A stretch of DNA of 62,819 bases from the IMG/VR virus record IMGVR_UViG_3300025162_000007, positions 1-62,819 of that record, one strand, 5' to 3'. Origin of the DNA: a virus (Duplodnaviria > Caudoviricetes). Below, in pieces: positions 37,907-48,454 of the stretch. The notes under the pieces are model-generated. The model did not search any database. It had not been told where the DNA came from and saw only the letters and a program-made list of their open reading frames with translations. The stretch's first letter is position 1, and each line of letters begins with the position of its first letter. The position numbers and the translations under genes were made by a program.

Positions 37907-39078
37907 TAAAAAGTTCCTCTAAGTTGATACTTGTATGTCTCTATTCTATCTGCTGGCAATGATTCTACTGCTTGAGACAGTCGTTGTAAGTTAACCATAG
38001 CTTCCTGATTAGGTTCTTGTACCTTTTCAAAGCAAGCTTTTACAGCAAAACCTATAACATAGTCCTGAATAATATCAGGTAATTTTATAGTAGTTGTATA
38101 CCCAAATCTAGTAGCCATGTCTCCATAGTTAATATCAAATGCTGAACTACTAATTGTTTTTTCTCTGTAGGTAGTGGGTAATGCAGCGTCTGCTGTACCA
38201 TCTGCTATTATACTAGGAATAACTTCTCTAACATATACTCTATAATTAGGTATGTCTATACCTACTATTGTATAATCACCATCATTACCAGTACTACCAG
38301 ATACAGCTAATGTATCCCCAGGTATTATACTAGTAAGGGATGCTGAAGCAAATTCAAAATATCTGTTAGTTACATTTACTGCTGATATAGCTAACCCAGT
38401 TGTACCAGTATATATCTGTATATAATTATTAATTAAGTCTATTAATAACACTCTATAATAACTAGTAACGTTACCTTTCATACCATCTGTTACACTTATA
38501 TAATCATTAGCATATAGCTTTATCTGAGCGTTAGAATCATATATCTCTAGTGTGTCAAAGTATAATTTATTTCCATCTACTATATTTTTTATAGCACCTA
38601 ATGACGCATCTAGTCTAGGAAGTCTTTCTATATAAGTCATTACTAACCCTGATGTAGGATTACCATTACTATCTTTAGCACCAGGAACATTTAAGTTGGG
38701 TGTAGGATACAGAGTAAGTTTATCTCCCTTAACAATATAGAATACTGGAAAGTCTATATCCATATTAATTAGAGGTATCTCATCATTAAGTGACATTTCC
38801 CTTAAACGTTTCCATTCAGGAAAGTCCATAGCTTTAATAAACTTTATTCTATTTGCAGCACAGTTAAATGGTATATCATACTGTGCTTGTCCTGTTACTA
38901 TATCTAGTGGTTCAGTTTCTTTATACAGAAAGTTTTTATCCTTTACATTTATAATAGAAAGAACATCACTTAAACCGTCGTCTAAAAACTCAATTATATT
39001 ATCATCAGTAATCTGCTTATTATTAAGCTCTTGAGATTTATTCCTAACTTTAGTTATCATTTTTTGTACTGTTATCAT
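37906..39078 (-). CDS. head-tail adaptor protein with inserted beta domains
   Basis: Helical N-terminus (MITKVRNK...IIEFLDDG), GQAQYDIP, LTLYPTP, C-terminal LPDIIQDYVIGFA. Confidence 0.7.
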   Translation of the reverse strand: MITVQKMITKVRNKSQELNNKQITDDNIIEFLDDGLSDVLSIINVKDKNFLYKETEPLDIVTGQAQYDIPFNCAANRIKFIKAMDFPEWKRLREMSLNDEIPLINMDIDFPVFYIVKGDKLTLYPTPNLNVPGAKDSNGNPTSGLVMTYIERLPRLDASLGAIKNIVDGNKLYFDTLEIYDSNAQIKLYANDYISVTDGMKGNVTSYYRVLLIDLINNYIQIYTGTTGLAISAVNVTNRYFEFASASLTSIIPGDTLAVSGSTGNDGDYTIVGIDIPNYRVYVREVIPSIIADGTADAALPTTYREKTISSSAFDINYGDMATRFGYTTTIKLPDIIQDYVIGFAVKACFEKVQEPNQEAMVNLQRLSQAVESLPADRIETYKYQLRGTF

Positions 39079-39090
39079 TTATTTCCTCTA

Positions 39091-40557
39091 CTAAAGTTTT
39101 ATCATAATATTGCATATATAAGTTGGTTGCATATTTTGATGTGCTGTTCCATTTATACTAGCTAGATTATAAGCGGTATCTGGTTGTGTAGCTCCTGATG
39201 TTCCACTAATTGTTCCACTAAATGATGCACCGTCATGAACATGTTGTCCTTCATATTGCCATACAGGATTACCAAAATTAACTTGCAATCCTGGTGTTCC
39301 CCCGTGGTCATCTGTTGTTATTGTCCCACTACCACCAGTAGGCACACCACCAGTTTGTCCAGTTGTTCCACTAAATGAAGTATTAAGCGGATGTGTGTGA
39401 TTATTAGTTATATGCCAATGTTCTGCTATCTGTGCATTTGTTAAAGCGTGTGTTTCTGCTCCAACAACCTGCCCTAAGGTTAGCCCATCTATTCCACAAC
39501 CTGCAACTGTTAAAAGACCTTTATCAGTACCGCCCATATCTCCCTTACCAACTAGTGTTAAATCTCTAACATCAGGAACCATTATCCTACAAAGGTTTGT
39601 CCCACCAAAAGCATCAGCAGCATTAGCATAAGTTGCTCTTGTTGTTGGCACACCCGCACTTGTATATAAAGGTAAAGTTGCGTCTGTATGATAATCAAAA
39701 TAATGAGTAAACAATGCCAATGTATCAGCATTAGCTCGTTCTGTTGCACCACTTCCAACATTTCCAATTGTTCTACCACTGGCCCATATCCAACCAGCGG
39801 AAAGTGTTGCTCTACTTGTATGTTTATAGTCGCCAGTTTCAAACATACTTTGAGTTGCTGGTACTGTACCAAAGTTTAAGTTAGTTGCATTAACTGTTGT
39901 AGCATTAACTGTAGTTGCTCCAACTGTTGTAGCACTTACTGTAGTAGCATTTACTGTTCCAAAGTATCCATTAAGCCATCTATGAGTACCATCCCCCAGT
40001 GAGTGTAGTAAATCAGCAGCGGGATTAATATTAGTATTAACTGCTGTTGAAGATAAATTACTAAGTTCATCATTAGCACCAAAGCTAGTTGGTATGTCTA
40101 TCCAGTGGTCAACGGCTTCTTTCATCTGTATCTGTCCAGAAGGTAGACATCTAAAGCCTACTTCTGTTGTATCGTTAGGTGGTGTACCTTCACTACCAAA
40201 CAATAAATATTTTGTACCTACAAGGTTAGATTCATCTCCCTTAACTCTTACTATTCTACTAATAGGATTAAGTTGAATATCACCAGAGGTAGTTGTTTGC
40301 AAAATTAAATTATGACTATCACAACCAATTAAGTTTATGTCACCTAATGCAACTGAAGTTACTGCACCTGGTGCTAGTAATGCGCTAGTAATTGCTCCAG
40401 GCATAATACCTGATGTAGGTATTTGTACTCCATTTTCATTAGAATGATTGTGAGCGTCGATTCGATTCCAGTTATAAAAAATGTCAACGAACCATACTGG
40501 CTCTCGTTCCCGTATATTTCGTATCAACATATTAGGGCTAAGCATGTATCTTGCCAT
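39091..40557 (-). CDS. tail fibre protein with collar domain
   Basis: DAHNHS, TTVxA pentapeptide repeats, TGDYK..GWIWASG collar, GAETHALT..HxH repeats, HQNMQPTYICNIMIKL. Confidence 0.85.
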   Translation of the reverse strand: MARYMLSPNMLIRNIREREPVWFVDIFYNWNRIDAHNHSNENGVQIPTSGIMPGAITSALLAPGAVTSVALGDINLIGCDSHNLILQTTTSGDIQLNPISRIVRVKGDESNLVGTKYLLFGSEGTPPNDTTEVGFRCLPSGQIQMKEAVDHWIDIPTSFGANDELSNLSSTAVNTNINPAADLLHSLGDGTHRWLNGYFGTVNATTVSATTVGATTVNATTVNATNLNFGTVPATQSMFETGDYKHTSRATLSAGWIWASGRTIGNVGSGATERANADTLALFTHYFDYHTDATLPLYTSAGVPTTRATYANAADAFGGTNLCRIMVPDVRDLTLVGKGDMGGTDKGLLTVAGCGIDGLTLGQVVGAETHALTNAQIAEHWHITNNHTHPLNTSFSGTTGQTGGVPTGGSGTITTDDHGGTPGLQVNFGNPVWQYEGQHVHDGASFSGTISGTSGATQPDTAYNLASINGTAHQNMQPTYICNIMIKL

Positions 40558-41154
40558 TTATTTATCCTCACTCTCTAAGTAATTTATTATTTGTTTCATA
40601 TGTGTAACCCATTCATCAACTGTTAAATTCATCTTCATCCAATTACACATTTTACAACATGGAACAGAATTACTTAAAGTGTACCCTTCATTATTATTTG
40701 CTCTATCTACACCATTATATCTTACTAGTGTATCTGTTAACTTATCTTTTAAAAAATTGCTCTCACTTGCAGGTTTTCCACAATATGTGCAATCTCTTCT
40801 TGTTATCTCTTTAAATTGTTCAAAAGTTAATTCAAAATTTAAATTTCTATTTTCTGCTTTCTTTCTAACTGCTGCATATACATTATATATTGTTATATCT
40901 TCTGCGTCTCTGGTTTCTCTATTATCTAGTGCTCGTTGTTTATTTGTTTCTTTTCTAACACACCCACATGAAGTGGTGAGTCCTCTAGTTAAAGAGGCTC
41001 CCACCACCCATGTTTCGTTTTCGCAATCACAAATACATTTCCATGCGTGTTGTGATTTATAAATACCTTTGTATTCATCAGTAACTAATAGTTTACCAAA
41101 TCTTTTATTAGATAAATCTTTAAAATTAAAATGTTCTTTACCAGTTACTTTCAT
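40558..41154 (-). CDS. free-standing HNH-type homing endonuclease
   Basis: DLSNKRFGKL..WKCICDC..SCGC; CTYCG...GVDRANNNEGYTLSNSVPCCKMCNWMK. Confidence 0.85.
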   Translation of the reverse strand: MKVTGKEHFNFKDLSNKRFGKLLVTDEYKGIYKSQHAWKCICDCENETWVVGASLTRGLTTSCGCVRKETNKQRALDNRETRDAEDITIYNVYAAVRKKAENRNLNFELTFEQFKEITRRDCTYCGKPASESNFLKDKLTDTLVRYNGVDRANNNEGYTLSNSVPCCKMCNWMKMNLTVDEWVTHMKQIINYLESEDK

Positions 41155-41164
41155 ACTAAATTAT

Positions 41165-42508
41165 TTATTCTACCTCGGTGTTGGAGAAGTTAGTGAGCTT
41201 CCCATTCTTGCTAGGATTTTTTACAATCAAAGCCATAATTCCGAATAATTCGCCTGTTACTTTATTTTCGTAACCACCAGAACTAGATGGTTTCAACCTT
41301 GTTATCTCACCGTTTACTTCAACGAACTCTGGTTCCTGGCCTCTAAACTCGAAAGTTGTAGGGTCAATCATGTAGATTCTATTCGTTGGGCAATAACGTG
41401 AATTAACTATAGGGATGCTTCCACCAGTTGGACTAGCATATCTAACAGTCTCTATACCTAGAGTAATATCTAGAGTAGGTTCTGTTATTACGTGTCTTAG
41501 CGACTGACCAAGTTCAGCAAGTCTGATATAAGAATCGAAGCTAGAAAGTATCATCTTAGGCTTTCCACCCTGCAAACCTATCTTCTTTGCGATAGTATGA
41601 AGGTTGTTTATCCCTAATGTTTCTCCTAGTAAATTCTTTACTTGTCCCTTAAACAAAGGTGTAGTAGCTCTTGATATACCAAACAATGTCTGTGTAGTTG
41701 TGTCATCAATAAGACCATCAAATCCTACCATTTCCTCAGATGCTGTGTCGATAACAGTAGAGGAACCTGTCCAGGTAATTGAATAACGCATAATTATATC
41801 ATTAACTACCATGTTAGTTGCTATGATATTTTCTGCTGTGTTTGTACAGTAAGCAATAAAAGTACCAGCGTCCAAATCTACACTTTTAATTGTAGCTTTA
41901 GTTCCACCAGCGCTTCCAATTACTCTAGCTGTTCCAGTTGCTGGGTCAACCCACTTAATTTCGTCACCAGGTTCGAACCAGTATACACTACCTTTTGATG
42001 TAGCTGCTGTTGACAACGTAACAGTTGCTTCATCAGGAGTAGGAGCTACGTCTATAGTTGCACTAGCATATGTACCTAGAGCACCATCACCATAACCAAA
42101 TACTGTTCTTGATAGCTGCTGAGCTATTACTTTGTTCTTACTTTCTAGTTCATCTGTCCACAAGTCTATAAATCTAGACTTATCAGTTTTAGCAAGTTCC
42201 ATTTCTGTTCTGTCCATTTCCAAATGGGCTGTAACATACTTAGGTTCGATTGTTATGTTCTCGTATCTTGCTTTACTACGTGATGCAAATGACCCGTTGT
42301 AAGCTATAAAAGCTGCTGCTGGATGCCCTAGAACGTCCTTAGCTGCCATTATAATTTTCTTTCCTTCTATGTCTGCCTTGTTGAATTTTGCTGTTATTAG
42401 TTTAAAAAAGCTTTCTTCATCATGAAGAAGCTGGGTAACTGTACCCTCTTGAAGCACTTTCAGAATTTCTTTATAATCTGAATAGAGCGCTACGTTTTGT
42501 ATAGCCAT
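41165..42508 (-). CDS. major capsid protein (HK97 fold, with insertion domain)
   Basis: 447 aa after the scaffold; YGDGALG, MVGFDGLI, IPIVNSRYCP, NPSKNGKLTN. Confidence 0.85.
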   Translation of the reverse strand: MAIQNVALYSDYKEILKVLQEGTVTQLLHDEESFFKLITAKFNKADIEGKKIIMAAKDVLGHPAAAFIAYNGSFASRSKARYENITIEPKYVTAHLEMDRTEMELAKTDKSRFIDLWTDELESKNKVIAQQLSRTVFGYGDGALGTYASATIDVAPTPDEATVTLSTAATSKGSVYWFEPGDEIKWVDPATGTARVIGSAGGTKATIKSVDLDAGTFIAYCTNTAENIIATNMVVNDIIMRYSITWTGSSTVIDTASEEMVGFDGLIDDTTTQTLFGISRATTPLFKGQVKNLLGETLGINNLHTIAKKIGLQGGKPKMILSSFDSYIRLAELGQSLRHVITEPTLDITLGIETVRYASPTGGSIPIVNSRYCPTNRIYMIDPTTFEFRGQEPEFVEVNGEITRLKPSSSGGYENKVTGELFGIMALIVKNPSKNGKLTNFSNTEVE

Positions 42509-42532
42509 GTTTATTTATCTCCGTTTTGTTTG

Positions 42533-43450
42533 TTATTCATTCATTAATTTTTTTAACATATCTTTTCGTTCATTTAAAGTTTTACCTTTAAACATTTCTC
42601 TAGATTGTGAGTTATCTACACCACTAGAATTTACTCCACCAAAGTTACTCATAGAGTTTTTCTTTTTCTCTTCAGCATATTTAGTGAACTTTTCTTCCAT
42701 GCGTTGTTTCTCCATACCATCTAGTGTTTTAAATATGGATTCAAAATCTTTAGCCGAGCGCCCCTCTCTTTCAACTATATCAAGTACTCTGTTAGGGTCT
42801 ACATCTGGAAACTTTTCTGCAACACTTCTAAACTGATTTTCAATAACTCGTGCATCATTTTCAATTTTTACTGATTGCATGTACTGACCTACTTGTGATA
42901 ACTGACGCTCTAGCTGAGCAATCTTTTCAGTTTGCTTAGCTACCATAGGATTATCAAATCCCTGTGCCTTCATCTTAGCTTCTACATAAGTATGTACATC
43001 AACCCCTAAAGCTTCTGCTGTACGAGTGTCTTCTTCAGAGTACTGTGGTGCTCCACCAGGCTGTCCTTTTGGGATAAGTCCAGTTAGAAATTCTTCTCCA
43101 AAAATGTCCTTAGCACGATTATAGTCTTTCTTACCTATAATCTCCTTGAGTTCATTAACTGCTTGAATGTGTGTCTCAGCTTCTTTTCTCATCCTAGAGG
43201 CTTCCTCAAATCTCTTTTCGGCAGCCGTTCCTTTTTGTGCTCTAGCAATAAGGTCTTCTTTTGTCACTTGCATTGGTTTACCGTCTACTGTTATAGTAAA
43301 CTGTTCTGCTGCAGGTGCTGCTCCTACTGCGGATGCTCCAGATGCTGGTTGTCCAGAAGCAGGTGCTGATACCGCTCCTATACTTCCAGTTCCTTCTCCA
43401 CCGCTTACTGGTGCTGAACCTGTTACTGGTGCGCTTGTTCCGTCTATCAT
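42533..43450 (-). CDS. capsid scaffolding protein
   Basis: Low-complexity N-terminus, ITVDGKPMQVTKEDLIARAQKG, coiled coil; between portal and MCP. Confidence 0.85.
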   Translation of the reverse strand: MIDGTSAPVTGSAPVSGGEGTGSIGAVSAPASGQPASGASAVGAAPAAEQFTITVDGKPMQVTKEDLIARAQKGTAAEKRFEEASRMRKEAETHIQAVNELKEIIGKKDYNRAKDIFGEEFLTGLIPKGQPGGAPQYSEEDTRTAEALGVDVHTYVEAKMKAQGFDNPMVAKQTEKIAQLERQLSQVGQYMQSVKIENDARVIENQFRSVAEKFPDVDPNRVLDIVEREGRSAKDFESIFKTLDGMEKQRMEEKFTKYAEEKKKNSMSNFGGVNSSGVDNSQSREMFKGKTLNERKDMLKKLMNE

Positions 43451-43492
43451 TTTAATCTCCTACCATCCTGTTAAGGATAGGCTTTACTTTGT

Positions 43493-45463
43493 CTATACAG
43501 TCGGTGCAGCTTGCGCTGGGCCAGGTACCCCTTGCGGTGCTTGCATCCCGTTCTGTCCTGTCATATCAGGAGTAGCCATAGGCGCTCCTTCTTGTGGTGC
43601 TGACTGAGGAAGTTGTCCACTTTTGAACTGTTCTTCAGTAGCACCTTTCTTTATAAACGCATCAGCCATTAAGTGTTGAGCTGCATGCGCTTTTAATATT
43701 TCTTTTATTCCTGGTTGTAAATTAGCATACTCGTTAGTCTGGAAGAAGCCAAATAATTCTACATAATGTGCTAGGTGGTCATCTGCATTATAATCTATGT
43801 CAACTGGTTTTGTTGTTTGTAGCATTATATACTTTTCTTTTCTTTGTACTTTAGCAGCAGACTCACTTATATTAAAGGTACCCATTACATCCCCTAAACG
43901 AAGTAATTCAAAGAATTTATTACCATCCATCTTAATACCCCATTGCTGAGCCATAGTACCAATCTCTTGTACCATTTGTCTACGAGCTGCTGGGTCTAGT
44001 GGTAATGTTGAACCAAAATCTGTTTTTACTACATATCCGTTATTTAAATCCGCACCCATAAATGCTTTTGTTTCCATCTCGTCTTCTTCATTAAGTATAC
44101 TTATAGTTCGTTTTTCATTCCAATACTGTTTTATATCACTAAGTAGTAATTCATATATTCCTTTAACTGCTTCTTTATATCTTTCGTGAAGTTGTATATG
44201 TACTTTAGTATCTGACTCTACCATTAAGTTAGCAGCAAAACCACTAACAGCTTTAGCCATTACTCCTCTACTAAAATCTCTAACTCCTGCTATATGCTGC
44301 ATCATCTGTACCATATAATCATACGTTTGGAATACAAATGTTGGCATCTGTGGAGGTGTCATTGCTATAGGAGGACGACCTTCAGTACCTGTATAAGTAA
44401 TAGGTATAGTAGGTAAATCATTTAAAGCATTATCAGTAAGATTAGCATTTCTATCTACTAACATAAATATCTTAGTATATAACTTAACATTTTCTAATAC
44501 TCTACTAAACAACTCATTTATCTGTCGTTGAGGAGAGTTTAACATTTCCATTATACTTACTGGAAATAATTTATTAGGTGTAATTATATCTGGTAGTAAT
44601 ACTATAGGTAATTGTTTATGTTCATGAGGGTTGTCTTCTAATACTAATACTGTATAGTCATTTAAAAATAATATATGTCTACCACGATTAGCATTAAGTG
44701 GGCGAGACTTTTCTATATATTCCCATACTATTACTTTATCTGCAAAACGTCTAGCACTATTCTTGTCAGAATTAGTAGGATAATTATTATACACATCATC
44801 TGCTGTTTGCATAATATCTGCAAACTCAGGCCACATAGCTTGAGCTTCTTCTTTATCATAATATAACTTTTCCATATACCCATATACATCCATCAAGTTA
44901 TTTGATGTACTATATAAGTAATAACAATATGGCTCAATTACTCTTAACTGAGAATCTCCAGTAAATAATAACTCTTCTTTAGTTTTATCATATTGAACTA
45001 TCTCGCCTAAGTTAGCATTCCAATCTACTCGTATACATCCCATTCCATATAAAAATGTTCTCAAGATAAAATTATCTACTGCTTCTTTTACACCATATTT
45101 TTCTTTTGCGTATCTTATTAAACTATCTGCAGCAGTAGCTGTATCACGAGATTCCTGTGAGTTATTAGCAGGACTTGCTGTTACTACTGGTTCATTACTA
45201 ATTAATGTTGAGTGTAGTAAACGAACAAAACTAAAACTATGATTCATCTCAGCTTCAACTAACCACTCTCTAAATTGATTAGTTAATTCTAAACGCTTGT
45301 TATTAAGTATTTCATTTACATACTTACGATAAAAATTACTTCTATAAGCATCTTCACTTCTACGCCAATAAGTACGATGATATCCAATATGAGTATTGAA
45401 CTCCTGTACAAGTTTCTCTAACTTAGGTTTTATGTTATCCTTATTAAATACTATTGGACGCAT
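43493..45463 (-). CDS. portal protein (P22-like)
   Basis: 656 aa after TerL; YGMGCIRVDW, PQRQINEL, Q/P-rich tail. Confidence 0.88.
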   Translation of the reverse strand: MRPIVFNKDNIKPKLEKLVQEFNTHIGYHRTYWRRSEDAYRSNFYRKYVNEILNNKRLELTNQFREWLVEAEMNHSFSFVRLLHSTLISNEPVVTASPANNSQESRDTATAADSLIRYAKEKYGVKEAVDNFILRTFLYGMGCIRVDWNANLGEIVQYDKTKEELLFTGDSQLRVIEPYCYYLYSTSNNLMDVYGYMEKLYYDKEEAQAMWPEFADIMQTADDVYNNYPTNSDKNSARRFADKVIVWEYIEKSRPLNANRGRHILFLNDYTVLVLEDNPHEHKQLPIVLLPDIITPNKLFPVSIMEMLNSPQRQINELFSRVLENVKLYTKIFMLVDRNANLTDNALNDLPTIPITYTGTEGRPPIAMTPPQMPTFVFQTYDYMVQMMQHIAGVRDFSRGVMAKAVSGFAANLMVESDTKVHIQLHERYKEAVKGIYELLLSDIKQYWNEKRTISILNEEDEMETKAFMGADLNNGYVVKTDFGSTLPLDPAARRQMVQEIGTMAQQWGIKMDGNKFFELLRLGDVMGTFNISESAAKVQRKEKYIMLQTTKPVDIDYNADDHLAHYVELFGFFQTNEYANLQPGIKEILKAHAAQHLMADAFIKKGATEEQFKSGQLPQSAPQEGAPMATPDMTGQNGMQAPQGVPGPAQAAPTV

Positions 45464-46854
45464 TAAATACTCTCCGTAAATAATCTATTTGGTCTTGGTT
45501 TCAAAAATTGAGAAGTAACTGCTTCCCATAGTTCACCTAGTTTAGTTGTTTCTACTTCTTTACTAGACAATCTATTTCTCATAATATTTCCATATTTAAT
45601 TGTATCAAGTACGTGATAGTCACCACGAACAGGGTCAAACTTCTGACTATCTTCTTTGTTGACATAACCAAATAATTGATTCTGGCAATCTTCACATGAC
45701 TTAAATACTTTTAAAGTTCCTTTTGCAAATGAATTATCTAATTCTACTACCATGTCTTCGTTCTTAACTTTCTTTACTCCATGATATTCTAGCCCCTTAC
45801 TTTGAGCAGTTTTTGTAAACCATGTCTCATGTACATCACTAAATCTATCACATATATTATATTCACTAGCAAATTCTTCTGCGTAATCTACTAGTCTTGT
45901 TGGTTCAATATTATCTATCATTGCTTCTTTTACTACATACCATACTGTTTCTTTGTCTTCATTAACTATATCTGATTCTGCCATTATACTTAAGCCAGCT
46001 AATCCTGATGATGCTGGGTCAACTATAAGTATCTTTCTCCACTTTTCAGGAACATGAAAATCTTCTACTATACACTCTTCATTAAATGATGGTACTAATG
46101 CACCTTCATAACTTGCCCATTCTCCTAAGTAACGTACTCTAAACTCTCTCTCAGGGAATATTTTCTTTGCTCTTTCTATCTCTTCTTTAGTAAACATAGG
46201 ACAATCATATGCTGTTGCTCTAATTATATTAACGAGTGCATCTGGATTATTAATAAAATCTTTTATTTTCTTAACAAGTTTTAATGGAGTAAATGTCATA
46301 TATACTTGACCATCTTTTCCATTAATTCCATGTGCTCCTTTAACACGCATTAGTAATTCTGTAAACGTTTTAAAGTCTGGTGGCATTTCGTCTATAATAA
46401 CTAAGTCAACTGTATCAGACTGTACTCTGCTACTACCTTTTGCCATTGCTTTAAACATTATTCTGTTTTTTGTTAGCTTGTGCTCTATACCTACTAGTAA
46501 TGATTGCTCTTTAATTTCTCTATACTCTTTTGCTGGTAACATATTCTTTATTTTCTTTTCATATATTGCTTGTGCTGCCATACTCATTGTTTCACTTACT
46601 ATCCAAATTGTTAATCCAGTTGTTTTAGTTAATGTCTTATAAGGATGTACTCCTCTAAACCAAAAGATTGCTTCTCTAACTGCACAGTGAGATTTACCTA
46701 CACGGTTAGGCAACTGAACAAAAACTAATTGCTCAGTTGCCCTGTGTGCTTTTTCCTGATAGCTAAACGGAGAGTATTCTAAACATTTAAGTTCAGAGTA
46801 TCTCTGAAACAGTCTTGAAATCTTTTCATTTCTATCTTTTTCGTTTAGTATCAT
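45463..46854 (-). CDS. terL: terminase large subunit
   Basis: YQ..H, PNRVGKS Walker A, LVIIDE Walker B, MTFTP, RYLGEW, VDPA, HVLDTIKY. Confidence 0.92.
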   Translation of the reverse strand: MILNEKDRNEKISRLFQRYSELKCLEYSPFSYQEKAHRATEQLVFVQLPNRVGKSHCAVREAIFWFRGVHPYKTLTKTTGLTIWIVSETMSMAAQAIYEKKIKNMLPAKEYREIKEQSLLVGIEHKLTKNRIMFKAMAKGSSRVQSDTVDLVIIDEMPPDFKTFTELLMRVKGAHGINGKDGQVYMTFTPLKLVKKIKDFINNPDALVNIIRATAYDCPMFTKEEIERAKKIFPEREFRVRYLGEWASYEGALVPSFNEECIVEDFHVPEKWRKILIVDPASSGLAGLSIMAESDIVNEDKETVWYVVKEAMIDNIEPTRLVDYAEEFASEYNICDRFSDVHETWFTKTAQSKGLEYHGVKKVKNEDMVVELDNSFAKGTLKVFKSCEDCQNQLFGYVNKEDSQKFDPVRGDYHVLDTIKYGNIMRNRLSSKEVETTKLGELWEAVTSQFLKPRPNRLFTESI

Positions 46855-46861
46855 TACTTCT

Positions 46862-47344
46862 TTATAGTCCTACTGTAAACATTGGGCCAACAGAAACCAT
46901 CCAAGCTTTTGAACCCGTAAGTAACTGAGTGGCTGTTAAATCAACACCAACTTTGGCACCTTCTACTGGATAAAATAAACCTAGCCCACCCATTACTGCC
47001 ATATCATTTGCATTGACAGAAGCAATACGTGAGTAGTTATAGCCAAACCCAACTTTCAAATAAGAGTAAGGTAGAAATACTTTACCCTGTGGGCCTACAT
47101 ATAGGTTATATGAAAATTCATCAGCAGGTTTTGCCATTGAAAATTCTGCACCCATACCTATATCAAACCCTCTAACAACGCCTTTATCTGACGTGTATAG
47201 AGTGTAGTTCAATGTAGGGGCTACATTCAGTCCGTTGTCTCCGCTTTCAAAATGTGTTAATCCGCCTTTAACATCCATACTTGATGCCATAAGACAAGTT
47301 GACACAAGAAAAGCCATTACCAAAAATACTTTTTTCATCATCAT
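46862..47344 (-). CDS. secreted outer-membrane beta-barrel protein (OmpA/Lom-like, ~8 strands)
   Basis: AGGAGG SD; signal peptide MKKVFLVMAFLVSTCLMA; alternating aromatic/Gly strands (YLKVGFGYNY, MGGLGLFY, VGVDLT). Confidence 0.75.
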   Translation of the reverse strand: MMMKKVFLVMAFLVSTCLMASSMDVKGGLTHFESGDNGLNVAPTLNYTLYTSDKGVVRGFDIGMGAEFSMAKPADEFSYNLYVGPQGKVFLPYSYLKVGFGYNYSRIASVNANDMAVMGGLGLFYPVEGAKVGVDLTATQLLTGSKAWMVSVGPMFTVGL

Positions 47345-47372
47345 TAAGTTCCTCCTGTTTTTAAAAGACATA

Positions 47373-48440
47373 TTATCTATTACTTTCTACTCTAAAATAA
47401 GTTGCACCAGCTTCTGAATCTGAATCATCTGCTAGTTTTTGTAGTTGCATACATGGTTGTATCCCACTAATTAAATTACTAAAATCTATTCGTGGACAAT
47501 CACACATTTTACCATCTACATAAAACTTAACATCAGATGAATCTGATATATCAATTTTAAACGTATATAACACCCCTTCTAATATTGTAATATTAGTTGG
47601 TGTATTTGAATTTGTTACTGTTCCATCTTCTGATACTATGTATAAATGTATGTTGGTACCATCATCATAAATCTTAAACCCTAAATAAAATGTTGCTGTT
47701 TCAAAATCTATGTTGTTAGCTGAACAGAATCCTATATACATCATTGCATCAATAGTTGTTCCTAGTGGTGTTGGTGTTATAGTAGGAGTTAATGCTGCGT
47801 TCATAACATCAAGCAATAGAGTTGAATCTATACCAAGTGTTGCTGGACCATATACTCCTGTAAATGTAACAGTAAATCCTGCTACCCACGTTAAAGCTAC
47901 TGGTGCTACTGTAATTGTTGCTGGAAGTCCTAATAGTAATAGTTGTGCTTTAATACCAGCAGCAACTGTAGCTAAGTTAGCATTGTATGCCACAGGAGCT
48001 GGACTATCAACACCATTATAACTAACAACAAAAGAACCATGAGTTGCTTCAAGGTCAAATGTTAGTACGTCTATTTCTACTGTTGGTGTTGCACTACCTC
48101 TTTTATATCCAGCTTTAGTTTCTAGAAAAGGTTTTTCTAAAGTTAAATACATAAGTTCATCTTTAGTATCTAAAGTAGATTGTCCTTGTCCACTACCGTC
48201 TAAACCAAAAGTACAAAATCCATCATGAAGTGCAGGTGCTACGCCTGTAACAGCGGTAGCATGACCATATAAACCGTCATATGCTATAGTACTTCCTGCA
48301 AATCCTGCATCAAGTATTCGTCTAGTTGCTGTTGCTCTATTCTGGTGCCCCTCTTTTATAAGTTTACCTACCAATCCTAGAGAAGGATATAGATTATTAA
48401 GATAACCTACTAAATCTTTATTAAGTTTTCCTCTTGACAT
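47373..48440 (-). CDS. putative virion decoration protein (lectin-like beta sandwich) with inserted domain; paralog of 48455..49192
   Basis: Near-identical N-terminal 46 aa; YTFKID.S..SDVKFYV and YFRVES shared. Confidence 0.7.
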   Translation of the reverse strand: MSRGKLNKDLVGYLNNLYPSLGLVGKLIKEGHQNRATATRRILDAGFAGSTIAYDGLYGHATAVTGVAPALHDGFCTFGLDGSGQGQSTLDTKDELMYLTLEKPFLETKAGYKRGSATPTVEIDVLTFDLEATHGSFVVSYNGVDSPAPVAYNANLATVAAGIKAQLLLLGLPATITVAPVALTWVAGFTVTFTGVYGPATLGIDSTLLLDVMNAALTPTITPTPLGTTIDAMMYIGFCSANNIDFETATFYLGFKIYDDGTNIHLYIVSEDGTVTNSNTPTNITILEGVLYTFKIDISDSSDVKFYVDGKMCDCPRIDFSNLISGIQPCMQLQKLADDSDSEAGATYFRVESNR

Positions 48441-48454
48441 TTTATTATCTCCTA

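Noticed and set aside
40558-41164. Group I intron or intein at the capsid gene or in polA/nrdD/terL
   Set aside because: Flanking genes appear complete with their own starts and stops; polA, nrdD and terL have normal lengths with no intein-like insert
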